A stretch of DNA of 64,000 nt, from NCBI GenBank assembly GCA_035084275.1, contig CM068742.1, positions 128,526,001-128,590,000 of the forward strand, in the 5' to 3' direction. The DNA is from Hydrolagus colliei. Its lineage: Eukaryota. The notes beneath the pieces were generated by a model, which worked only from the letters and a program-made list of their open reading frames with translations, ran no database searches and had not been told where the DNA came from. This document shows positions 50,479 through 63,143 of this stretch, in pieces (positions within the stretch are counted from its first letter, which is position 1; each line of letters starts with the position of its first letter). Made by a program: the position numbers and the translations under genes.

Positions 50479-51209
50479 TTACTGAATTCGGTATTGCTTT
50501 AGGATAATGAGGCACTGAAGGGGAATATTGAAAATGATCTTTTTCGCAGTAATCTATAAAGCCCCTGCAGATGTGACACTGACACATCTTGTTATGACCC
50601 AAAGCGTAAGTCCTTGTAAGGCCACTCACAGAAACAAGACCTTCCACAAATATCTTCTGTGCAGTGAAAGGTTGCAACATATTGGTGCAATACTATTATT
50701 CAAACATTTTTATGCTACTTTTTGCTTATTTTACAACAGACAGTGTGTGAACAAACACAACTATTTCAAGGCTGGACTGGGCTCCGTTAGTTGTTTAAAG
50801 TGGCGTGACATTCGGAGGGAGTCTAAACAATGGGACAGTTTTATCCGATTGTTGTAAATTCCTCATATTCAGGGTTATCACTGGATGGAGTAAATTATCC
50901 GATGGATGGTCTGGGGCGTTGAGTTCTCGGGAGGATCTATATAATCTGAGAGTTGGAATTTGCACTGGTTTTCTTCATACTTGACAGCATTTACAATTGG
51001 TTTGTTGCTCAGCGTGCGGGAGTGTGTAGAAAGATGTCACGATCAGTTCTGGTGGTACAAGGCACGGTAGTAAAGCTATCGATAAGTAGAGTTTATTGAT
51101 AAGGTACCTCAAGTTTCATGTTAAAGTACATCAGTCTTTTAAATAGAAAACTCCTCTTCCATTCCCTTTGGCATTTGAAGTGCAACTATTACATTATTAT
51201 ATTGAGTCC

Positions 51210-53828
51210 TATATAGAGGGGAAGACTTGCAATCGTCTCACTTGAGCAGAGAGCCCAGTAGAGTGAGGGAACTGTGTGAGGTGGAACAGAGTGAGTATTC
51301 TGTTAGGGAATTTGGTGAGAGTGGGAATTTGGTGCAGAGGGGGAAAGAGGTGCATAATTATAAAAAATATAATAGTTAAATTAAAAAATATAAAATATGT
51401 CTGGGAATATACAGGGCAGCTGAGACCAGTTGCATGCACAATGAATGTGTGCTATGTGGGAACTCCAAGATATTTTCTTTGCCCTGGATAAGCAAGCATA
51501 TGTGTACAAGGCGTTTCCGGCTGCTTGAGCTTGAGTTAAGGGTTTCGGAGTTCAAGGAGAGATTGGAGTCACTACACAGCATACGGGAGGTTGAAGAGTT
51601 CATGGATCAAGCTTTTCAGGAAGTTTCCCATAGCCACAAAGGGTTTAGAAAGAGAGAGACTGAGTGACCACTCAGCATGGTAGGAAGAAGGGATGGGCAG
51701 TGCAGAAATCTATTGTGAATGTGGCTATCATAAATCGGTTCTCTGTACTGAATACCCGGTGATGGTTATGACACCTCTGGGGAGGGTTGTCAATAGCAAA
51801 CAGATGCACAGGGCAACACAGGAAAGAGTATCAATGCACTTGTCATTTGGGGACACAATGGTAAAAGGAGCAAACAGGCGTTTCTGCAACCAAAGACATA
51901 GCTCTTGGTATGGTATGTTGCCTCCCAGGGTTGAAGACATCACGGAAAGGAGCAAAACATTCCTCAGCGGGAAGGGAAACATTCAGAATTTGTGGTCCAT
52001 GTTGGCATCCATGACATAAAGGGGGAAAAGGGCTGATATTCTACAGAAAGAGTAACAGAAGCTAGGGAAAAAAGATAAAGATTAGGACCTCAAAGGTGGT
52101 GATCTCTGGATTACTCAAGATATCAAATACGTGTATATGGAATATCAAAACAGCCAGATGAAACCCATGATTGGAGAACCATGGTTGGAGAAATGATGCC
52201 TAAAAGGGGGGCTTCAGGTTCCTGAATCATTGGGACCAGTTCTGGAAGTACTAAAAAGATTGTTGGCACTCAAGGTAGATGGTCCGGACAGGATGCATCC
52301 TAGGTTACTTTGAGAAGTAAGGTTGGATATAATAGAGGATCTGTCCACAATCATTCAATCTTCCTTGGATGGTACCAGAAGACTCAAGGGTTGCATATGT
52401 TATCCCGGAACTACAAGTCAGTCAGACAAACATCAGTAGTAGGGAAATTTCTAGAGACTATAATCCGGGACAAAATAAATTTTCACCTCGAAAAATATTG
52501 GTTAATAAAGGACAGCCAATATGTATTTGTCAAAGGTAAATCATGTCTAACAAAACCGAGTTTTTTTTACGAAGTAATGGAGAGGCTGGACAAAAGCAGT
52601 GCAGTTGATCAGTTTACAATAAAAGCCCGTTTATCCGGCACCTGTGGGACCTGGCCAATGCCGGTTAAACGGCATGCCAGATATTCAATCGGATCCGACA
52701 CCGAAAACTGAACACAAAAAAAACAACTTATTTTAACACATACCATATTAATAATAGACAAAATAATAACATAATAACAGACCTTTCTTATTCACCTAAT
52801 AATTCACCTAAAAATCACCTTTGCTGGTAGATGCCTGGCTTGAAGCCATGATGTTGGGGGTAAAAACTTCTGCAATGGTGGGTGCACGCGAGGGAAAAAA
52901 CGGCAGCGCAACTTTAAGGTTCTACTAACGGCAAGCTGAAATACCGATGCGAGGGAAAAAAATGGCAGTGTGACTTTAAGGCTGTACAAGCAGCAAGCCA
53001 AATACCTGTACAGTACTCTCATGCAACAATCGATTCATTAAATGCTCTATCGCAATTGTGCCGGATAACATCTGGTTAATCAGATGGGGACTTTTTTTTT
53101 TACATACCATTTATACAGAAGTTCCAGTTGATCGAGTCATGGATAAATGGGCTTTTACTATATATGGATTCTAAAAAGCCATTTGATAAAATTGTGCAGA
53201 ATAGACTTGTAAGCAAAATACTGTAGAAACCCATGGCATTAAAGGGACAGTGGCAGCATGGATGCAGAACTGGCTGTGAGACAGAAAGCAGAGAGTGGTA
53301 GTGAATGGTTATTTTTCTGACTGGAGAGAAGTGTTCTGTGGTTTCCTCCAGGGATCGGGATTAGGACCACCGCTAAATGATCTGGGCTTGGATATAGGGA
53401 GTACAATATCCAAGTGTGCAGATGATACAAATCTAGGAAAAGTAGAAAACAGTGAAGAGGATAGTAGCAGACTGAAAGAGGATGTAGATGGACTGGCAAA
53501 ATGGACAGACACTTGGCAGATGAAGTTTAATGTGGATAAATGCGAAATGCTGCATTTTGGGAGGAAGAATGAGGAGAGGCAGTATAAGGTAGATGGTAGA
53601 ATCTTTAAGGGGGTGAAGGAACAGGGGAGACCTGGGGTTTCACATAAGTAAATCTTTGTTGGTGGTAGGACAAGTAGATAAAGCTGTTAAAAAAGCATAC
53701 AGGATACTAAGCATTATGAATAGGGGTGGAGTGCAATTGATTTGGACAGCTCTTTTCAAAGAGCCGGCACAGACATAATGGGCTGAATGGCCTCACTCTG
53801 TGCTGTATAATTCTATGATTCTATGAAT
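51210..53828 (+). mobile_element. CR1 with 5' UTR and ORF1 (Zn-finger/coiled-coil + SGNH esterase), internally deleted and decayed (subfamily A-like)
   Basis: LELELRVSEFKERLESL and FGDTMVKGANRRFC..RVEDITER remnants; jump from ORF1 to the RT-proximal region at about 52246; CADDTNLG; second jump at about 53730; (ATTCTATG)2 tail. Confidence 0.88.
52617..53160. mobile_element. Tigger/pogo-type MITE nested in CR1 RT
   Basis: TA flanks (52615-16, 53161-62); TIR CAATAAAAGCCCGTTTATCC vs TAGTAAAAGCCCATTTATCC; removing it restores GTT TAT ATG GAT (VYMD). Confidence 0.85.
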
Positions 53829-53959
53829 TTTTGTATCCTGGAACAGAGGGCTTCACAGAGCTGATTTCCACAATTTCTACCCTGTGTTCCAGACCTAATA
53901 TTGAACATACATCAGCCACATTGCTATAACCATGACAAGTTCTAAAAATGATAGCTTTC

Positions 53960-54985
53960 AATCCATTGTTAGCATGGATTGAAGAATGGCTAACGGGAAG
54001 GAAACAGAGTAGGGATAAATGGGTTCTTCTCAGATTGGCAGGATATGACAAGTGGAGTGCCACAATGGTCAGTGCTTGGGCCTCAACTATTTAAAATTTA
54101 CATCAACGATCTAGATGAGGGCATCTGCTTAAAATAGGCTAGGTGAGTGGGTAAATAGGTGGCAGATGAAGTATAATGTAGGGAAGTGTGAAGTCATCTA
54201 TGTATGTGGTAAAAACAGTAGAGCAGATTATTTTTTAGAAGGGGAGAGACTAGATAATGTTAGCATTCAGAGGGACTTGGGTATCCTTGTACACCAGTCA
54301 TAAAAAGTTAGTTTGCAGGTATAGCAAGCAATTAGGAAGGCTAACTGTATGTTGGCGTTTGTTACAAAAGGGTTAGAATATAAGAGTAGGGAAGTCTTGG
54401 TGCAACTTTATAGGGCCCTGGTGAGACCACACCTATAATATTGTGTGCAGTTTTCATCTCCTTATTTAAGGACTCACCTTGGAGTGGGTGCATCGTGGAT
54501 TCATTAGGTTGGTACTTGGGATGAGAGGGATGAGCTATGAGTATAGGTTGAGCAATCTAGGCCTATATTCTCTGGAATATAGAAGAATCAAAGGTGATCT
54601 TATAGAAACCTATAAGATTATTAAGGGGCATGACTTAGTGGAACTGTTTCCCCTGGTTGGAGAAACTATAACCAGGGGTCACAGCTAAAATTAGGTGTGA
54701 GTCCTTTCGCACTCAGTTGATGAAAAGCTTCTTCACTCAAAGGGTAGTGAATTTATGGAATTCTCTACTCCAAAGGACTGTAGATGCTCAGTCCTTGAAC
54801 ATATTCAAGACTGAGATTGATAGATTTCTTGTGGATAAAGAGATTAAGGGATATGGGGATAAAGCGGGTAGGTGGAGTTAGATTAAAATATCAGCCATGA
54901 TCCTATTGAATGGTGGGGCAGGCTCGAGGGGCCGAATGGCCTACTCCTGCTCTTAATTCTTATGTTCTATGTTCTAATGTTCTAG
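53960..54985 (+). pseudogene. CR1 3' portion, disrupted (subfamily B)
   Basis: Collinear with about 14295-15400; same 3' UTR; (TATGTTC)n tail. Confidence 0.9.
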
Positions 54986-55149
54986 GAGAAACTATTTGCC
55001 AATCTGCTGTTCTGCTATTTTCCAGATTCCATTTTCTCCTTTGCTTCATCTCCTAAAGGCAACTGACAAATTTTATTTTTGCTGAGGAGTTGATCCATTC
55101 GTACCTTTTTTCAAGTACAGGAGCTGTTATTTAGTTGCAAGCACAGCTA

Positions 55150-55405
55150 GTGACCTTATACCAATGAGCCTAATGACTAGACTAGGAGGCGCTCATATCT
55201 AGGAGATGGAAAGGCATCAGGAATGGGAACCCTCGCAAATGTATGCCTCACCTCCTACTCCCATTCAAACCAAGGTGCTGGGATAAATTGTCTTACCCTC
55301 CTGCTACTCCAACTAAGTCAAACAGACTAGGAATGAAATCTAGATGTTATTAGTACATAGGTTTCAGCCACTCATTGTACACACTGCTGGAGCTGTAGGG
55401 GAGAG
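55150..55405 (-). mobile_element. Ancient SINE, AmnSINE2-like, highly decayed
   Basis: Reverse complement aligns by eye with the 38125 and 40020 copies; further relics near 41275, 56508 and 61975. Confidence 0.4.
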
Positions 55406-57534
55406 GCTATGTTTCAAACCCAGAGACATTACTTTATTCTTGTAATGTACCAGTGAATGAAAGTGTATATCCTGTGTGATCACATCTCGGTTGGCGTTCT
55501 TTCGATGAGTTATTTCCCCCATTTGAATCATTCCAGAGAAAAGGAATTAGTCCATTAATTGGCTTTTGGGGAATTTTTGAAACATATAATAACCTTTGCA
55601 GTTGATGTGCAATCTTGACCAGCAGAACACAAGGAAATTGAAGAGCAAGGCAGTGACACAAGTCAATTGCCACATAACAGTGAGGCAAAAACAGGAATGC
55701 AAGGTTAAGTAGACTTTCTGTTAATGGCTAACACAATTTTCCTAGGGCGCATTTTTCAATTGATGAAAGGCAGCTCAGAGATATGTAATCAGTTGGCAAT
55801 ATACAGAGGCTGCTAATTGGAAATGCAATGATTATTCAATTACATTCAACTTTAATGCCTTAATATTTAATGCCATCTTTAACAAGTGTGAACAAAGAAT
55901 ATGCTTCTGGGTCTCAGTGATGTCGTAAGAAGCTATTTGAAGTCGCAATCGCACATTTCATGACACTGGACGTCAATTTCAATAGTCAAGAGTTTACTGG
56001 GAGAAATGTTATATTATTTGGACAATGATTCCAGCCAATAAAATGATAGTCCTCAACCTGGCAATATGACAGATTGTTTAGAAAGGCTGTGTGCATTTAT
56101 ACAGCATTGTACACAACAGTTTGTTAGTGAGCTTCCCATTAATCAATGGATGAATTTTAAGATCTTCATATGCACCTTCAAATACCACCACAGGCCTTAC
56201 ACTACCCTATCTGTGTGAATTCCTGTGATCATACTGCCCCAACGTTTCCCTCTGATTGCCCAACAGTGGCCTGCTTCATGCCCCCAATCGTTCCTCTAAA
56301 CTATCAGTGGGCGACCTTTCAGTCCCTTTCCTCACTCATTCTGGAACTCTTCCCACCAAATCCATCTACCTAACCTCTTCCCTCCCTTCTATCAAATCTC
56401 ACCTTTATCTTTTTGGCCACTTAATCCCCAGATCCTTCCCAACTCGGACTAGCACTCAGGCTTCGTAAAGTGCTTCAACGTGGTCTCCCAACATTAAATT
56501 GTTGTTGGTTGAGCTGAGCTAGATTGGCAGCAAAAGAGGCATTATATTGGCAAACCCAGATGTATTAGAGCAAACCAGCCTGGTTGCAATCTGAGCCCTA
56601 TTTTATCCTTGTTGTACCCAGCACAACAGCACAACAACTTACTACAACCCTACATGGTTGGTACAAGAAACACTAACCACTCTAAATGGTACTGTAAATG
56701 TAAGAAAAAAATGAAGAAATTTCGGAAAATAATGCCAACATGTGGATCTGTAAAGGTTTCCAAGCGAAGTTCGTGCTTAATGTCCACACTGAGTCAATTT
56801 CTTTCTTATGTTACCAATATGTACACTCTACTGAAAACTGCACCGGAATGTAATTTCACCTTAAAATTGCTAAATCTCACAAGCTCAGTCACTTGCAGGG
56901 CACTTGCAGAGTTTCAACCTGTGTAATCACAGATCTGTATACCCTGGAGGAAATGTGCTGTCTGAGTAGGAAAGGGTGAAGGGAGCAAATGCAATTCACT
57001 TAATAGGAATATTCACCTGAAATTTACAGCTCAAAGTAACTTGCTGGATAGATGCAATTAATCTTGCAAGGAAATAGAGTGAATGAGTGGAACAATGAAT
57101 GGCACTGTGTGTTTGGTGATGTAATGGTATACACTAGAGCACTGCTCCTTTTCCTCTGAGGTCTGTAATAAATCCAGCTCTGATTGATTGGCAATAATGT
57201 GAGACCCCAAATTTCACCTTGTCTTACACACAGGTTATTGCGATATGGTTTTGCCTTAAAATTTAAGAACATGCAGATTGTGGATGATTGTTCGAATTTC
57301 ATCTTAATTTGTAAGATTAATTTTTGCAGTTCTTAAAATAAAACTATTAAGCCAAATTTGAAGTATTTTCTGCAATGTCTCTCAAAGTTACATTTTCAGA
57401 CAAAAACAGTCCATGTTAAGCCGAGATGGGATTTTGGCACACGACTCATGTTGTAAAGATAGATTAATTGGAATTTAGTCTCTGGACAATCACTAACGCC
57501 CAGCAGTTCAGGCTGTCTGCGATCACTGCCCAGC

Positions 57535-57630
57535 CCTGGGGATATTTACAGCTCAAATATAGAGCTGTAAATATCCCCAGGATATGTACCTGGGGATATA
57601 AAAAATCCCCAGGTAAATATCCTGGGGATA
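57535..57630. repeat. Compound palindrome built from CCTGGGGATAT
   Basis: Perfect 20-bp arms 57535-57554 / 57562-57581; second hairpin 57582-57620. Confidence 0.9.
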
Positions 57631-57654
57631 AAATAAAGAATAATAGAAATCATA

Positions 57655-58250
57655 ATCATTTTTACATTCAATAGAGCATCTTTCATGTCAAGAGGACGTC
57701 TTAACATGCCTCACTGGATATACCGTAAAGTGTTGTGACTATGTATTTGCAGGTGAGCACAATAGCCAATTCCCCACAAATAGCCAATGAAGTGAATGAA
57801 TCAATATATTAAGGAGAATGTTGACCAGGGCACAAGGAGAAACTCCTTTTTTTGAGTAGTGCAAGTCCATCAATCTGCCCTCTGCTCCCATTGGAACATT
57901 CACCTTGCTATCAACCTATTCCAAACTCTCATGAAACCATCCTACCGAGTGTGGGACAGTCCAATAAGAGCACAGGATGGTTGATGGATGGTCTAATGGT
58001 AGTGTGGACTCACTGTCATCATAAAAGCTTGCCAAAAGTTGCTGCTTCAAGCCACAACGTTCCTACAGCCTTTACCATGGGATCTTTAATATCTACCCGA
58101 ACAGGCAGAGTGGACCTCAGTTTATCATTTTATGAATACCAAGGACCACCATCACCGAATAAGAATGTCTTCAAGTTCAAAGTCCCAACAAAAGTGGGGC
58201 TGCAATCCACAGCTTTCTTACTCAGAAGCAAGAGAGTTACAATTTGAGCC
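57655..58250 (-). mobile_element. Deu-domain SINE with an approximately 210-bp unrelated insert
   Basis: Core is split between GAGTAGTGC (about 57862) and CATGGGATCTTT (58076). Confidence 0.7.
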
Positions 58251-58269
58251 AATATTAAACAATCCAATT

Positions 58270-58572
58270 CAGAAATGCTATACCAGGTCCGGCCTCCTCC
58301 TTGTCCCCGAATCCTCCATTCCACCATCAGCAGCCGTGCCTTCAGCCACTACTCCCCAGGGCTCTGGAACTCCCTTTCTCACTCCCTTCACCTCGTCTCC
58401 TCCTTTCCTATTTTCAGATTGTGCCTAACGACTTTTCTTTTCGATCGCTCTTTTGGTCACCTTTTTTCCCCCTCCCACTGGCTTGGCTCTGGGATCCGTT
58501 ATTGTGAAATGCTCTGAGATACTGTCTGGCATGGACAGCTCTATATAAATCCAAGTTGTTGTTGTTGTTGTT
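58270..58572 (+). mobile_element. L2 3' fragment
   Basis: SRAFSHYSPGLWNSL..TFLFDRSF; (TTG)n tail. Similar fragments at 56170-56510, 61640-61860 and 62640-62820. Confidence 0.8.
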
Positions 58573-59214
58573 ATACCAACATGGTGATGATAGAATTGTG
58601 CAACTTCTCTGTGACAAACCTAATGATCCCTTTGTATCACATCCAAAGGATTTCAGACAATTTCACCAGAGTGGAAAAATTTAAGGGATTTATATAAAGG
58701 AGTTAGTGAACAGTAAGACATTAGAGGAATTAAGAGACTTTACAGCTCACAGTAATTTGTGACAGTCTTCCATAATGTACCTTATATTGGAATACTTTAT
58801 CCAGAACAATAAGGATTAGATGTCACACATGGATTAAGGATTTTAGGTACACACAATCCCCACTTGGCTAATTCACTGTGTTTCACATGACTTTGAATGA
58901 ATGGACTTCAGCTACATGTAGTGTCTGAGTATTTGCTTTGTAGACTTGCTCGTTTATTGCCTTGGAGCAATAAGTGATGAGCTGATCTAATGCATCATGT
59001 TACTGGGGAGGGGAACCAATTTAAAAGGATGGATAAACTTCTGATGATTTAACTGAATTCAATCTTCTATATTTTTTAACCTGCCATTTTCCCTCAAGTG
59101 GTTATTGCATCTCCCCTTACATTGGGTGTGCTACTCCAAATATGTTTGGAAACTATTTCACAGTGACAATTAAATTAGTGTTGTGTTGCTTCTTCATCTG
59201 CTCGTATTCACCTA

Positions 59215-60345
59215 CCTGCCTGTTCAGCTGGATGTCAAAGATGGCACTATTCAAAATAGAAGGGAGTTTCTTTTGATGCCCAAGTTAGCAATCCCTCAAA
59301 ATAAAATAGGTCATTCTCTCCATAGCTGTTTGTGGGACATTGATGTGGCAAATTGGTTGCTGTTTTTGCCAACATAAATACAAACAAGTTACTCCACTTC
59401 ACAGTAAATTTTATAAAGTGCTTTGGGACATCCTCTTCACTTGAAAAGCACTATACCAAATGCAAGGCTTATGATTATGCTTTGTTTAAAATAATGTTAA
59501 TTTTTTTTGTCTAGAGCAAGATAATTACTGCGCTCTGAGTAGAATGATGTGCTTTGTATGTTTTTTTTATTTATATTTTGTAAAAAAAAGTTATCATAAT
59601 CAAACAGCTGAAGGTGAGGAACATTGCACATTATGATCGCAGATCTCTAAAGGTGCTGCACTTGACACACTCTGGCCTCTCTTTTTCTCAGATGTTAACA
59701 CATCCCATTCATACACTGGAGGGAAAAATATAAGGTAGCCGGTAGCAGATCATATAGTGATCTTAGGCAAACGTCTTCACACAGAGGATAGTGATAATTT
59801 GGAACTCAACATCAGAAGCCATGGATAAAAGCAAATAGCATCTACATGTTTTAAGGAATGTTTACCTGAGGGAGAAGGGAACAGAGCGGTATAGGTGAGG
59901 GAAATGGGCTGGAGATTTATGTGGAGTATGAACCCTGCACAGATATGTCAGCCTGAATATTTTTATGCCATAGCGCTCTACGTCCAAGGATCAAAAATCC
60001 CTGGCACCTCTTCAGGAAATTCCTTAATAAGAAATCACATCAGCGTTCCCACTTAACTCCATTCAGGAAATAGATTGTGTAGGAAGTAGACATTAAACCA
60101 GGGGCCCATCTGCTTGTTCAAATGGATTTTAAAGATCCCATAAAATTAGTCGAAAAGAAAAATAAGTTTCCTCTGGTGTCCTGGCTGGGCAATTATTCCC
60201 CAGATACAGTTAATCATTTATTTCATAGTTATTTGTGAGATGTTGCTGAGTGTAAAGTGGCTTTTGTGTTGTCCTACATATACTACACTTTACAGCATAT
60301 CATGTACGGTGCTTTTGAAACGTTTTCCTGTTATAAAAGGCATTA
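59215..60345 (+). mobile_element. Two Deu-SINE 3' parts (59215-59478, 60085-60345) flanking an old CR1 3' fragment (59690-59980)
   Basis: Deu core motifs; TTCACACAGAGGATAGTG..TGGAACTC CR1 remnant. Confidence 0.6.
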
Positions 60346-60351
60346 TGAGCT

Positions 60352-60665
60352 GAGCCCCTGTGGCTCAGCGGTCTTGCAAGCTGGGGAGACCAAGCTGGGG
60401 AGACCTGTATTCAAATCCAGGCAGGTCAGGGCGAAACCTTGGGCAAGTTTCCTTACTCCCCATGCCTAATAATAATCCCGCAAAAAAAAACACAATAATA
60501 AAATTGGTCATTTCAATCCACGACTGTTTGTAGGACACTGCTGTGTGCAATTGGATGCCGTGATTCACCCACAAATATATATACAGTCAATTCACTTTAC
60601 AGTATATTCTGTGAAGTGCTTTGGGATGTTGATAAGATGTGAAAAGCGCTATATCAAATGCAACG

Positions 60666-60703
<38 letters not shown>
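60352..60703 (+). mobile_element. Young tRNA-derived SINE, 14-bp-duplication variant, long (ATT)n tail
   Basis: CAAGCTGGGGAGAC x2; tail 60666-60703. Confidence 0.9.
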
Positions 60704-62824
60704 GAGTCACTCCACTTTGTAGTAAAACGTGTGAAGTGCTTTGAAATGTTTCGACAGCATGATAAGGCACTATATGAAATGCAATGATTGTTAGTCATTA
60801 TTATTAATTTGACTGTGTGTGTTTATTGCTCGTCAATGAGTAGGAAGAAAGAATGCAAACCCCCCGATCTCATGCTTTTTGAACTCCAATGCTATTTTGC
60901 TTGCGTTTTTCCAAAGTTCACCTCAGAGAACAGAATTGGCCTTTAAACATTATAATCGTAATGATGCCAATAGAAGAATCCTTGCAGAGAACATCAAAGG
61001 TGACAGGTGCAGAAGAACTGTGACTGATATTTGTTGCTGCTGACAATAATGTGTTTATCTATGTTGGAGGTTGCCATCAAAGGTTGCATCCGTGTCTACA
61101 CACATCTTGCCTTGGTTGACAGCCCCTGTCTCTTAATTGTCGAATGAACCCGCTGGCAGGGTCAGTTTGATGATGCCATTGCGCTTTATTGATGCTGTTA
61201 CCATTATTGTCACTGCGTGGTGTTCTCTGAAGATGCTGTGATATAACCCAATGTACCATGCAAAAAGTCATTCGAGAGCTCAGCTTCCGAGACCTGCACA
61301 GTGCCAGTATCTTTCGAGTTATTGAATATGTTCTGATTTCCACAGCCATTCTAGCTCCCAGTGGATTGAAGTCAAGGTCTGTCCCATTTGCCTAGAAATC
61401 CCTGCAAACCTTAGCACTTTCCGTTTTGCCCAAATAATATACAATCAATCCACTTTGGGATATTTTAATATTCACAGTAATTACAATATTCACATATATT
61501 TTGTGAAGCATTTTGACATGTCGTGACGCTGTGATAAGGAGTTATATGAAATGCAAGGATTATTATTATTATCTGGTCATATCCCACACCTTTGTTTGTC
61601 CCCTCCTCTAGCTAACTCAGACTTGCTGTGGTTCTTCTTTCTCTCCCAGCACTATCAGTTTTCAGATTCTACCTCTGGAATGGCCTCTTAGTAGCCCTTC
61701 ATCTTACGCCCTCAATCTCTGTCTTCAAGTCCCACTTTAAAGCTTACCTCTTTGACCAAGCCTTCCTCTCTCCTCTATCAGTATCTGCCGGTGCACTGTG
61801 AAGCACACCGAGATGTTATCGTACCTGAAGGTTGCTGCATAAATGCAAATTGTTGCTGTCAACCCCCCAGCTCAGTTGGATTATTTTGACCTGGCAGCTC
61901 AGGTTTATACCACCAAGAACTTTTCAAATTTCACAACAAATTCCTCCCAATCCCACCCCCAACCCCCTCCATGGAGTAAGTCCATAGAATAGCTGTAGCT
62001 GAGCCATTCCATACAGCCAGGAAAGCTTTGACCAACCCTTCAACTCCAAAATATTAAATTAACTGGCCTCAACTAAGGTAACAATTGTTGTCCTTCAGTT
62101 AGGCTCAACATCCCAAAGTTTGGAAGCAAAAATTGAGCCTGGGTTTGGGAACATAAATTGAGTGTGGGGTCCCATGTCTGACCATTGTACAGGGAGGGAC
62201 TCCAGCTGTGGGATTTGATGTGGTCTGTGTTTGTGTGTCTACATTGTGAGATGATTGGACCAGTGCTGTATAGCTTAACAGTTAAATACAGTATAACAAT
62301 ATTAATCCTTGCATTTGTGAGGGGTGTCCTCCTGATTGGAAAGGCACTATCGACCTTCAGTTCAACTGTGATTTAAAGTTAAACCGGAAGAGAAGGAAAT
62401 AGTTCAAGTAAAAAGCTGAACATTAGATGTGTGCTGAATTCCTCATTAGTAAATCCAGTTCCTGTAGAATTCTGTGTGGGTGGATGTTGTGGGTGGTGCC
62501 ATCACCCATATACTTTCACAAATGATGTCCCAATGAGCCTGTCACTTACAGTTGTCCCTTGCAACATTCAAATTGATCCATTGCTCTAGATTCTGCATTT
62601 AGCAATACGTGGGCACTGTAGCATGTTGCAGAAAAATCTGAAGCAAGTAAAAAATAACTTTTCCTCACATCCACAACATTGCCTACCTCCATGACTTTCT
62701 TTCCCCACACCCACCTTGGCAACCGAGACCTTCATTCACATCTCATCACTTTATGGATCAATTATTCCAACACACTCCTTGTCAGATTCCCCAACTAATT
62801 CCTACAAAAGCTGCAGAGCATTGT

Positions 62825-63143
62825 GGAGACCTGTAGCTCAGTAGTTAGAGCACTTGCCTTACAAGCGAGAGATTTGAGTTCAGTTCTAGGCAGGGTGAAA
62901 CTTGGGCAAATTTCTTCACTCCACATGCCTAATACTGTAATAATCCGTCAAAAAACAACAATAATAAATTAGGTCATTTCAATCCAGGACTAATTGTGGG
63001 ACACTGCTATGCGCAATTGCCTGCCGCGTTTCACCCACAGATATGCAGTCAATTCACTTTACAGTATATTCTGTGAAGCACTTTGAGATGTTTAGAAGGT
63101 ATTTAGAAGGAAAACTACTTTATGAAATGCAAGGATTATTATT
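62825..63143 (+). mobile_element. Full-length tRNA-derived SINE
   Basis: TAGCTCAGTAGTTAGAGCACTTGCCTTACAAGCGAG head, standard body and tail. Confidence 0.88.
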
